Part shown: piece after piece, positions 19,086 to 27,795 of the stretch | How positions within the stretch are numbered: the first letter of the stretch is position 1 | Layout of the letters: each line of letters opens with the position of its first letter | Virus record (IMG/VR): IMGVR_UViG_3300028045_000001 | Coordinates: 1 to 64,000 of that record | DNA: 64,000 bases | Direction: 5' to 3' (one strand) | The notes under the pieces: model-generated | What the model was told of the DNA's origin: nothing | The model's database searches: none | The model's input: the letters and a program-made list of their open reading frames with translations, nothing else | Position numbers and translations under genes: made by a program

Positions 19086-20084
19086 ATGAAAAAAGGTAAA
19101 ACAACAATCAAGGGCAGTAATGCAAAAATGGCTACATTGGCAATTTGTGGGATAGTTAACATCATTTTTATTTGGACTTTTTGTAGTGCAACGGTGACTG
19201 TTGCAGAGGATGTCGCTGTAACGCACGAGGTACAAGAAGAACAAGTTCCATTTTCAATGGAAGAGCATCGTGTACGATGTCGAAAAGCTACCACTTTAGG
19301 TAGAGAGCACCTTCTGTCAAAGCCCCACACTGTGCAAGGATGGCCCGATAAGGTCATTCGATACTATATCGATAAAGACAGATTGACGGATCCATATGTT
19401 GTTGAAGAAGTAATAAATGTATTCGACGCCATAGCAGAAACCACATGTTTAGACTTCATCCGACTTGATGGACCAGAATCATACAATGTGCAGGTTAAGG
19501 TATTATTGGTAACATCCACTACAAATGGGAGGTACCCCACTTCAACATTAGGATACAATGAGATCGCGAATATAATTAGATTGCGCAATGATTCTCAAAT
19601 ATGGACTATCTATCATATGGTTTTACATGCGTTGGGTTTGACTCATGAGAACCAGCGACCCGACGCAGAGCTTCTTGTTGATATGGATAACATACAAGAA
19701 GAGTTTAAATGTAATTTTGAGAAGCTCCCTGCAAGTTGCTTTCTGTACCCAGTAGATAAGTTCATTTTTGAGGTAAGTTCCATTATGTCGTATAGGCCAT
19801 ACTCTGCCTGTAAAGATTGTAGCAAAAGAACTATCGACTACGGGCGCGAGAAGGAGGGACAACGTGAACCGACATCTATTGATTATATGAAATTGGAGTA
19901 CATTTACTGTGGACTTAATCCGCCACCTAAAGAAACCCAATGGTATTTGTCTTTTCTACATAGGTACCATAATCACTCAAAGCCTGAGGATTTGACGGTT
20001 ACAATAAAAAGTAACGGTATAACTTCATACGTTAATTTTGGTGGCATGGCGTCGCCACTCGGCGATCATGTGAAACCGGAGTAA
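19086..20084 (+). CDS. astacin-like protein lacking the catalytic Glu
   Basis: HMVLHALGLTHENQRPD (E to M), SSIMSY; shares YCG.NPPPKETQWY with the upstream paralog; N-terminal TM segment. Confidence 0.8.
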   Translation: MKKGKTTIKGSNAKMATLAICGIVNIIFIWTFCSATVTVAEDVAVTHEVQEEQVPFSMEEHRVRCRKATTLGREHLLSKPHTVQGWPDKVIRYYIDKDRLTDPYVVEEVINVFDAIAETTCLDFIRLDGPESYNVQVKVLLVTSTTNGRYPTSTLGYNEIANIIRLRNDSQIWTIYHMVLHALGLTHENQRPDAELLVDMDNIQEEFKCNFEKLPASCFLYPVDKFIFEVSSIMSYRPYSACKDCSKRTIDYGREKEGQREPTSIDYMKLEYIYCGLNPPPKETQWYLSFLHRYHNHSKPEDLTVTIKSNGITSYVNFGGMASPLGDHVKPE

Positions 20085-20180
20085 TAAAACAAGGGTTTAT
20101 TTAATCTTATCGACGAGACTGTGGATCGAATACCCACAGTCTCGTTTGTATCAGTATAAAAACTATAAGGGAGAACTGTC

Positions 20181-21470
20181 ATGAAAACAGACACTACCGC
20201 GTTCGTAACAAAGTGGGAAGGGAAACGAGTCACGTTACCATTACACAAAAATGGAACATTTGATTTTGTAGTAGACTGGGGCGACGGTGTAGCAGATCAT
20301 ATAACTGAACATGATCAAAAAGAAATTATACACGATTATGAGGATGGCCAGTTAACGCATGAAGTAGCTATATCTGGCACCATAGAAGGGTTTGGATTTA
20401 TTGTCGATGACCCACTTAGTTACACTGCCATAAATTCGCTCCCCTTTGGATCTTTTCCATTAAATAACACCGACGGCTTTGCGCAGCAGTCCAGGACCAT
20501 TGCATTAGTAAAGAAATTCACGAACTGGTGTATGGGGTTTGTCACATCCAAGCAAGCCATAGTGTCAGGACCAAAGGAAGGAAGCCAATTTATGGACTTT
20601 ATTAAGTCAGCCCAAGCTATGGCCCCAAAACCGAGCGACTGCATATTACTCGATGTCTTACAGTGGGGGGCCGTTAAGTTACACAATGGAGGGTGTCAAT
20701 TTACAGATTGTACAAAGTTAAAAGGCTTCAGTGCTAAGGATGTTCCAGATTTATCTAATGTTACTAATATGATGGGCATGTTCCTCAGAGCTACATCGTT
20801 CAATCAAGACTTATCTAAATGGGATGTGGGTAGTGTTACTGATATGAAAGATATGTTCTGTGGCGCTACTTCCTTTAACCAAAATATCTCTAAATGGGAT
20901 GTGAGTAGTGTTACTGATATGAGCGGTGCGTTCCTCAGGGCTGCATCTTTCAACCAAGACATATCTAATTGGGACGTTAGCAGTGTCACTAATATGAAAG
21001 ATATGTTCTTGGGTGCCGAAGTCTTCGATCAAGACATATCTAACTGGGATGTTGGCAAGGTTACTGATATGGCGAATATGTTTAATGGCGCTACATTATT
21101 CAATCAACCCATCTCTAACTGGAATGTTAACAGCGTCACCGATACAGCTGGGATGTTCTATGAAGCTTCATCCTTTAACCAAGACATATCCAATTGGGAC
21201 GTGGGTAGGGTAACTGACATGAGGTTTATGTTCCACAATGCCACTGCCTTCAATCAAGATATTTCTAAGTGGAATGTTGGCAGTGTTAGGAATATGGATT
21301 GTATGTTCATGTCGGCTGTATCCTTCAACCAAGATATCTCTAACTGGGATGTGAGTAGCGTAACTGCTATGGGAGGTATGTTCTATGAAGCCAGCTCATT
21401 CGATCAGAATATATCCGATTGGGATGTAATCAACACGACCAAAGGAAGTCCCATTAAACAAACAAATTAA
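20181..21470 (+). CDS. BspA/DUF285 leucine-rich-repeat protein
   Basis: FVTKWEG...VDWGDG domain, about 70-aa insertion, 8 full plus 1 partial 25-aa repeats. Confidence 0.9.
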   Translation: MKTDTTAFVTKWEGKRVTLPLHKNGTFDFVVDWGDGVADHITEHDQKEIIHDYEDGQLTHEVAISGTIEGFGFIVDDPLSYTAINSLPFGSFPLNNTDGFAQQSRTIALVKKFTNWCMGFVTSKQAIVSGPKEGSQFMDFIKSAQAMAPKPSDCILLDVLQWGAVKLHNGGCQFTDCTKLKGFSAKDVPDLSNVTNMMGMFLRATSFNQDLSKWDVGSVTDMKDMFCGATSFNQNISKWDVSSVTDMSGAFLRAASFNQDISNWDVSSVTNMKDMFLGAEVFDQDISNWDVGKVTDMANMFNGATLFNQPISNWNVNSVTDTAGMFYEASSFNQDISNWDVGRVTDMRFMFHNATAFNQDISKWNVGSVRNMDCMFMSAVSFNQDISNWDVSSVTAMGGMFYEASSFDQNISDWDVINTTKGSPIKQTN

Positions 21471-21478
21471 TTTTGACC

Positions 21479-21525
21479 GCATGGACAAGACTGTCGGGAG
21501 TTCTATCCACAGTCTTGTCCGTGCT
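21479..21525 (+). terminator. intergenic hairpin
   Basis: gcatggacaagactgt/acagtcttgtccgtgc stem with one G-U pair. Confidence 0.65.
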
Positions 21526-21552
21526 AACAACATCTCATTATTTTTTTATTTA

Positions 21553-21560
21553 TATATTAC
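21553..21560 (+). promoter_or_regulatory. early promoter motif TATATTAC
   Basis: Exact motif after T-run. Confidence 0.6.
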
Positions 21561-21651
21561 CATTACAGTATGCGACCTCCTTACTTAACCAACAATAAAT
21601 ATAATTACCTGGTTACTATCATATAAAAGGATCTTTTTATAAGGAGTATAT

Positions 21652-22086
21652 ATGATCAGTCAAGAGATAGAACCTATCATTGAATCATTTTTAGTGGTGG
21701 ATAAGGATAATAAGCAGAACGCGATATCATGTTCATTGATGCTTCATGGGAGGGTTAGTCCAGGATATCAGGATAGATACGGCTTACAGTTTAGAGGAAG
21801 ACGCGGTTATAAGCTATACAAGATGACTTGTGCAAAAACCGAATACATCTCACTGGTCCCTGACCCAAATGATGATAAATACCCAATCCATTCTGAAGAC
21901 TGTGGGAGCGACACTTGTTCAAGATTAACTTCCGGAATCTGTCCTGGCACTATCTTTGGTACATACTACACTGGTGCCGAAAGACCCAAACGAAATGAGT
22001 ATTCGGACCATCATTATCAATGCATACATCTGGATGATCAAATCCCACCTTATGATCCCCCACCAATATGCACCTGGGAAGAATAG
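21652..22086 (+). CDS. hypothetical Cys-containing protein
   Basis: RBS aaggag; no family recognised. Confidence 0.6.
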   Translation: MISQEIEPIIESFLVVDKDNKQNAISCSLMLHGRVSPGYQDRYGLQFRGRRGYKLYKMTCAKTEYISLVPDPNDDKYPIHSEDCGSDTCSRLTSGICPGTIFGTYYTGAERPKRNEYSDHHYQCIHLDDQIPPYDPPPICTWEE

Positions 22087-22095
22087 GAGATTGAA

Positions 22096-22629
22096 ATGGC
22101 TTACGGGGACATATTAAGAGTGCGCTCAAGATTCATGGTGACCAGCGAAGAAGCCCCAGAAAAGGCATCCCTTTGCCTGTTAGATGACAGGGGGCAGCTA
22201 TGGTTCGAACGTCACAATAAACATGGCAGATACTTTAGAAAAAGAATTATGGAACTATGGGATCTTCTTAGATATCTCTTTCGTGACAAAAATCTACGAA
22301 GAATACATTCGATGTACATGCTAATAAATGGGGACAATAGTAGAAAGGCGTCAGTCTGTGCATTGGATAGATCGGGAACTCTGTGGATAGAGTACTATAC
22401 TGACCATGGGAGGTTCTTTAAAAAAAGTGACTCGCTTATCTATTATATGGGGTGCAGTCAAATACAATATTATGGACTCAACAAAAGAGAACCGTGTAGA
22501 CGTAATCCTTGTATAGAAAGAGATGCACAGCATTGTGCTGGATGGATAACTGGCACAGTGGTTGATGTCAGTAAGCCATTTAGATTGCCTGCAACTTCAA
22601 AAAAATATGAGCATCAAATAGGCGACTGA
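22096..22629 (+). CDS. hypothetical protein with internal duplication
   Basis: KASLCLLDDRGQLWFE..NKHGRYFRK and KASVCALDRSGTLWIE..TDHGRFFKK. Confidence 0.65.
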   Translation: MAYGDILRVRSRFMVTSEEAPEKASLCLLDDRGQLWFERHNKHGRYFRKRIMELWDLLRYLFRDKNLRRIHSMYMLINGDNSRKASVCALDRSGTLWIEYYTDHGRFFKKSDSLIYYMGCSQIQYYGLNKREPCRRNPCIERDAQHCAGWITGTVVDVSKPFRLPATSKKYEHQIGD

Positions 22630-23008
22630 TGTAATAAAAGAAAAGATATCTGTTGGGACACTTTGTTTGGAGGAGAGTACCCAACGAACGAGTCTGGTCT
22701 TGGTGTAACAATGTAGTTGTACTTGAAGTACAAACCCTTAAGTCGGTACACAATTGTTGACGGATTTCTAGTTTAGGGGCATCTACCATGCTGCGCTCGC
22801 AGCCGGTATGATGCATGCTCTACAACAGAAACATTACAATAAACTTGAGAGTGACTGATAGCGGAGGTTACTTATCAACGTGCGACAATTGCTGCACTGA
22901 GGCCAGTTAAACAGTATCGCTGAGAAGTGTGACGACATCAATGCATGAATACTATATGTCCATGGGGGGCGCATGCAGTATCTTAATTGTGACGATGTAA
23001 TAAAACTG

Positions 23009-23050
23009 CACATACATATCTATGGGCGACTGCCCATAGATATGTATGTG
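23009..23050 (+). terminator. intergenic hairpin
   Basis: 19-bp stem cacatacatatctatgggc/gcccatagatatgtatgtg. Confidence 0.65.
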
Positions 23051-23076
23051 TGCTCGTTTAATTTAAACAATGGACG

Positions 23077-23382
23077 GTGAAGATGCTATATCAAATTAAA
23101 AAAAGGTCCTACCGTGATCTTTATATAAATATGAAAATTAAAACAGATACAGATGCCATAGATTATAAAAATATGAAACTCATAACGTTACCAACAACTT
23201 ACCCGATCACTTGTCCAGTAGAGCTTGTAGACAAACTCGGAAACGTTGTAATGGTTTTCTTTATGGATCGTGCTAATAAAAATAAATTAAATGTTCTACA
23301 TAATAAAACTATTTCAAAAGACAGACTGAGTATAATAATTTCAGTAATGATAACTCCAACCCAAAACAAAATGAGGATATGA
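23077..23382 (+). CDS. hypothetical protein
   Basis: ORF coupled by ATGA overlap to the next gene. Confidence 0.5.
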   Translation: MKMLYQIKKRSYRDLYINMKIKTDTDAIDYKNMKLITLPTTYPITCPVELVDKLGNVVMVFFMDRANKNKLNVLHNKTISKDRLSIIISVMITPTQNKMRI

Positions 23383-23726
23383 TGGACCGTATTTCTACCG
23401 AATGTAGTTTTCTTTATTTAAAGCCAACGCACAGCTACGATTTAGCTAAACTATCACATAATTATGAGGACATTAATGTAATTCAACTGCAATTAAATGA
23501 GCAATTTAAAGACACCGTCTGGTACATGAATATTTATAATGAATCAGATACCTTTATCGGGACAATTCGGAGATTGTTCGAAGAGGAGCCACGCAGAAAG
23601 GATGACGCTCCCTGCAGTCATGAGGTAGCACTAATGAAGAGCTTGGGCGATAGTACCACAGAAGCTATAATAGACGATGTAGTAGCATATATTTATGAAA
23701 CAATAAACAACTTCGGGGGCCATTAA
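23379..23726 (+). CDS. hypothetical protein
   Basis: RBS gagga; operonic. Confidence 0.6.
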   Translation: MMDRISTECSFLYLKPTHSYDLAKLSHNYEDINVIQLQLNEQFKDTVWYMNIYNESDTFIGTIRRLFEEEPRRKDDAPCSHEVALMKSLGDSTTEAIIDDVVAYIYETINNFGGH

Positions 23727-23727
23727 C

Positions 23728-24624
23728 ATGAAGGTACTTGTATTTTATCGAGAACAAAATATGGACAGTAGAAGCTGCTTAGCCGTACTTGAATCAGTAT
23801 ACGATAAAAAGAATATTACTCCGATCCCAATAAATTACAATTACTTCATTCGGCCAGAATCAAGGGAATTTGATAAGGTATACGTTGTCGGTATCAACCT
23901 CAGGGGAGACAATAAACTCTTTCTTGATGGATTATGCAAAGAGGTGTTTTACTTTGAACAGAATGAAAAAAGTGGAGCACTACTTCCGCTATTGGTTCAT
24001 CTAAATATTAAAGATATCGATCCATGGAGAATGGAACTATACCGCATAATAGATGCTCACCAAAGAGGGGACGCCTCAGTACATGGGGATGCGATACACA
24101 TAGTTAATTGTGGGCTACGTTACTTGGCGGAGGAATCAAACGAACTTGAGAATGGAACTGGGAAGGGAACCGAGCGCAGCCTTGATTGGAATGTCTTCTT
24201 CTCAAATATGAGTGAGGCATGTGGGCAGATCGATATGGAGGCAGTGGCCATGGTTGGGCAGCCTATATATAAAGCAGAACAAGCGGCATTAAAAATATTA
24301 AGTGGGAGATTGGTGCGGGCGGTACAGTTTAAAGGCAAATCGTGTCTCATAGCAAATCATACAACAGGAGATCTATTTCAATTTGTTCCAAACGTCGATG
24401 AGTACAGCATTCACATAACGTACTCCAGAAATAAACGAGGCAAGGTCAACGTTCGATTGACTACTAAGGATGATACGGTGGATGTGCGAAAGATAGCCGA
24501 AGAGTATGGGAATGGTTCCGGTGGAGGTCCATCTCCAAATATAGCTGGATTCACTTGTGACTTTTTACCAGAAGAAATATTATTTCAGATACACAATAAG
24601 CCACACCCCCTGGTTAAAAATTAG
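23728..24624 (+). CDS. DHH/DHHA1-family protein with degenerate catalytic motifs
   Basis: Overall pattern FY...D..S....PINY...VYVV...; C-terminal GGG..NIAGF; DHH position reads EQN. Confidence 0.6.
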   Translation: MKVLVFYREQNMDSRSCLAVLESVYDKKNITPIPINYNYFIRPESREFDKVYVVGINLRGDNKLFLDGLCKEVFYFEQNEKSGALLPLLVHLNIKDIDPWRMELYRIIDAHQRGDASVHGDAIHIVNCGLRYLAEESNELENGTGKGTERSLDWNVFFSNMSEACGQIDMEAVAMVGQPIYKAEQAALKILSGRLVRAVQFKGKSCLIANHTTGDLFQFVPNVDEYSIHITYSRNKRGKVNVRLTTKDDTVDVRKIAEEYGNGSGGGPSPNIAGFTCDFLPEEILFQIHNKPHPLVKN

Positions 24625-24665
24625 AACTGGACCAGCAAATACAAATAACGGGAGGATGCATCGGG

Positions 24666-25136
24666 ATGTACAATCAAGACTGTAAAGAGGTAGCTGGCGA
24701 TATAATACAATTGGCCATAGAAGGGAGATTTGATGTCATTGTTCACGGTTGTAATTGTTTCTGTACCATGGGGGCAGGACTTGCAAAAGCAATTAGAGCA
24801 GAATTTCCAGAAGCTTATAAAGCGGATCTCAATACAAAGAAAGGAGATGCATCAAAACTCGGTACCTACACCAAAGCAACGGTAGATAGAAATGGAAACA
24901 CTATAACTATAATCAATGCTTACATCCAGTTTGAGTATGGATGGGTTGGAACTATGGCTCAGTACGAAGCCATACGAAACGTTTGTATAAAATTAAAATC
25001 TGAATTTTCTGGGAAACGATTTGGATTCCCTTTAATTGGGGCAGGATTAGCTGGGGGCAACTGGAAAATCATCGAGATTATTTTGTGTAAGGAATTACAA
25101 GGTGAAGACTATACTGTAGTTAAGTTGCCAACTTAA
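24666..25136 (+). CDS. macro-domain (ADP-ribose binding/hydrolase) protein
   Basis: GDII...IVHGCNCFCTMGAGLAKAIRAEFPEA...NAYIQ...FPLIGAGLAGGNW. Confidence 0.9.
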   Translation: MYNQDCKEVAGDIIQLAIEGRFDVIVHGCNCFCTMGAGLAKAIRAEFPEAYKADLNTKKGDASKLGTYTKATVDRNGNTITIINAYIQFEYGWVGTMAQYEAIRNVCIKLKSEFSGKRFGFPLIGAGLAGGNWKIIEIILCKELQGEDYTVVKLPT

Positions 25137-25172
25137 TAACATGTGTGGCAATGGTTAAAAAAGGAGTACGAT

Positions 25173-25361
25173 ATGGGAGCTATTATAATAAATAAAACTC
25201 AGCAGGTGGTTAAAATTTTAGACGGGCACTCAACGACAGAAAAGATTTATTATCAATAGGCCGACATACAGAAATTAAAAGCGGTGTTGATGGAAGTACA
25301 ATTGGGTATGACACACTTTTTAGTAATATTTAAGCTATACAGCTTTAAATCGGAGGCGTGA
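25173..25361 (+). pseudogene. amber-interrupted remnant of the 26118/26491 family
   Basis: RBS aaggag; IIINKTQQVVKILDGH resembles KLKNLTGNDVTIFDDKH; in-frame TAG at 25257-25259. Confidence 0.35.
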
Positions 25362-26045
25362 GTGAACACTAAATATAAAAATATGATAGCTGATTATCCA
25401 GAAAGATTGTTCGTTCGTCAAGAAGAAATGAATTTAATGGCCGCCATCATATCCAAGGTTGAACCCTATTATAACCTAAATGATGGTGCGCATAAAGTGA
25501 GCCATGCGGTCGATGTAATGTTACTTGCTATGACTCTCCAAAAAGCCACTATGAAAGGCGTTATAGGTTACTATGAGGATAGAAGAAACATAATAGCATC
25601 CGCGTTGCTACACGACATATTTGTACATAGGGGTCGAGCCTCCCATGAAACGGCAGCAGTATTTGAATTAAATTTTGGCACACTAAAGGATTGGTTTACA
25701 CAAATAATTGAAGAGTTTAAATTAGATAGGAATATTGTAGTAGATGCCATTAATGAACATAGGGCATCGTATAGTGGCGCGTACACATCAATTATATCTG
25801 AGTATGTATCAGGTGCGGATAGAGGTCGTCCTGATATCGATCGTTTATGTAAGAGGGTTAAATCCGGGACTGATGCCACACAAGATGAGCATATGATCGA
25901 TCATATAATTGAGAAATTTGGAAGAGAGGGGTATGCGAGATGGTCAGATAGCTATAAACTGCACTTTGGGTCAGAGTTACGACAAATGCAGGACACTATA
26001 GGGGATAGAAGTAGATTGACTGAAATATATGGAAATCAGATGTAG
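25362..26045 (+). CDS. HD-domain phosphohydrolase
   Basis: AHKVSHA...ALLHDI...H..A...EHRAS...ADRG.PD. Confidence 0.8.
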   Translation: MNTKYKNMIADYPERLFVRQEEMNLMAAIISKVEPYYNLNDGAHKVSHAVDVMLLAMTLQKATMKGVIGYYEDRRNIIASALLHDIFVHRGRASHETAAVFELNFGTLKDWFTQIIEEFKLDRNIVVDAINEHRASYSGAYTSIISEYVSGADRGRPDIDRLCKRVKSGTDATQDEHMIDHIIEKFGREGYARWSDSYKLHFGSELRQMQDTIGDRSRLTEIYGNQM

Positions 26046-26117
26046 GGGAAAGTAGGGAGTTGATCATTTTAATCAATAATAACAACCGCATAACATTTAA
26101 GAAAGAGGGAGCAAGTT

Positions 26118-26456
26118 GTGAAATTAAAAAATCTTACAGGTAACGATGTCACTATTTTTGACGATAAGCACAATGCCATATGTGAGCTCGCTAAAAACAA
26201 CCATACGATGTTAGCAATTACACAATCATATGAGGATGAAGGTGAGACGTTTTCTATTAATGGGCACGATGTTCCGGTTCGTATATGTAACCCATACCAA
26301 GTCGGGCTACCTGCACCGGAGGACGGTGTTCTATATGTTGTACCACGTGTGATACTACAGATATGTAGTGAAAGAGAGGATCTGGTAGCCTTAGCATACA
26401 GGTCTCCACAAATTGGGCATGGGCTCATCCCAACTATAGTGTCCCTTTTAAACTAA
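26118..26456 (+). CDS. conserved viral hypothetical protein (NLT...LP.P.DGVLYVV family)
   Basis: Motifs KNLT and GLPAPEDGVLYVVP...REDLV; paralog of 26491. Confidence 0.6.
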   Translation: MKLKNLTGNDVTIFDDKHNAICELAKNNHTMLAITQSYEDEGETFSINGHDVPVRICNPYQVGLPAPEDGVLYVVPRVILQICSEREDLVALAYRSPQIGHGLIPTIVSLLN

Positions 26457-26490
26457 TTAGACGCATATGAAAGAAGGATAGTTTTAAATT

Positions 26491-26880
26491 ATGAAAATAA
26501 AAAATTTAACTAGTAGAAGCGTTACACTTCTAGACAAAAATCACAATACTATCATTGCACTCAAGCCAGAACCATTTGAGAAGAATAAGGCAGGGGAAAG
26601 GCTCCCCCATTTTTACAGTGAGAACAAGTACGAAAAATGTGGAACTTGTGACATTAATGGGCACACTTTACCGACATTCAAGTGGTCACGTGAAATTGTG
26701 GCAGGAATGCCTGAGTTTAAAAAGGACGAGGCGTATCTCATCAACCATAGCCAACTACTGGACCCAGAGTATGTGCAAATTCTAAAAAATCACACTGTGT
26801 TCATTTTGGATGTACAGACGATGGTTAAGAACATAGATGGATCCATAAAAGGCTATTGCGGATTAGCTAAACTTAAATAA
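26491..26880 (+). CDS. paralog of 26118
   Basis: MKIKNLT...GMPEFKKDEAYLIN...DGSIKGYCGL. Confidence 0.6.
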   Translation: MKIKNLTSRSVTLLDKNHNTIIALKPEPFEKNKAGERLPHFYSENKYEKCGTCDINGHTLPTFKWSREIVAGMPEFKKDEAYLINHSQLLDPEYVQILKNHTVFILDVQTMVKNIDGSIKGYCGLAKLK

Positions 26881-26902
26881 CTAAGATACGACATGTGCTT
26901 AT

Positions 26903-27736
26903 GTGTTGGTGGTGGAGAAGAAAAGAATGGATGAAAGATGTTCTGTAATGATAGACAGTAATTCAAAAAATCTATGTTTCACAGAAGAGGAAATCGAATT
27001 AATAGATGCCGTCTTATCAATGCTTACGGATGCTCGTAACTTAGATAACAACAGTGTCGATGATAACAATAGCGAAATTAAGGACTCCGATAATGACGAT
27101 AGATGTCTGGGACTACATATATTTGTCGAAGGGAGTATGCGTAATCTAACCCATGTAGTCGAGGTTATGATACTTGCACTTAAGGTGCAAAAAGGTACAA
27201 CAAAGACTCTCGAAGGTAGAAAATCTATAATAGTTGCATCCTTACTGCACGATGGCGTATACGTAGATCGCTATTATTCCCTAATTAGTGAATTCATGCA
27301 AGGCAGTTCAAAGATATGGTTCATGGAATTATGCAAGAAGTTCAAATTGGATTCTCTTCAAATACTGCACACTCTCATTGAAATTAACGGCTCTATGAAT
27401 TGCAATTATCTGATAGTCCCGCAGAAAGGACAAAGCTCATCTGAGAATACGTTTATTTCAGTAGCATCAGTATTTGTGGTTTGTGCCATCGTAGGCAAGC
27501 CAGATATTTCTGAATTATGCAGAGGAATTAGACTATCCTATCATATGATGCCGAGCGAGACTGCGGTGGACTGTATAATCAGAGAGTACGGTAGAAATGG
27601 AACTATGGCATGGCCGGGCACTTATAAGTTATATTTCAAGCACGAACTAAATAAAATGTACGACATTATAGACGATAGGGATAGACTAACTGGGATCTAT
27701 ACCAAAATCGATAAAGAGATATGCCGAGGTAGCTAA
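26903..27736 (+). CDS. degenerate HD-domain paralog of 25362
   Basis: H.V.VM.LA...QK.T...R..I.ASLLHD; C-terminal YGRNG...WP..YKL.F..EL..M.D.I.DR.RL..IY shared. Confidence 0.65.
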   Translation: MLVVEKKRMDERCSVMIDSNSKNLCFTEEEIELIDAVLSMLTDARNLDNNSVDDNNSEIKDSDNDDRCLGLHIFVEGSMRNLTHVVEVMILALKVQKGTTKTLEGRKSIIVASLLHDGVYVDRYYSLISEFMQGSSKIWFMELCKKFKLDSLQILHTLIEINGSMNCNYLIVPQKGQSSSENTFISVASVFVVCAIVGKPDISELCRGIRLSYHMMPSETAVDCIIREYGRNGTMAWPGTYKLYFKHELNKMYDIIDDRDRLTGIYTKIDKEICRGS

Positions 27737-27751
27737 AAACTGAGTGCTACA

Positions 27752-27785
27752 ATAACACCTGTCTCCACGTGGAGACAGGTGTTAT
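27752..27785. terminator. 34-bp perfect palindrome between convergent genes
   Basis: ataacacctgtctccac|gtggagacaggtgttat. Confidence 0.75.
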
Positions 27786-27795
27786 ACAACACTAT

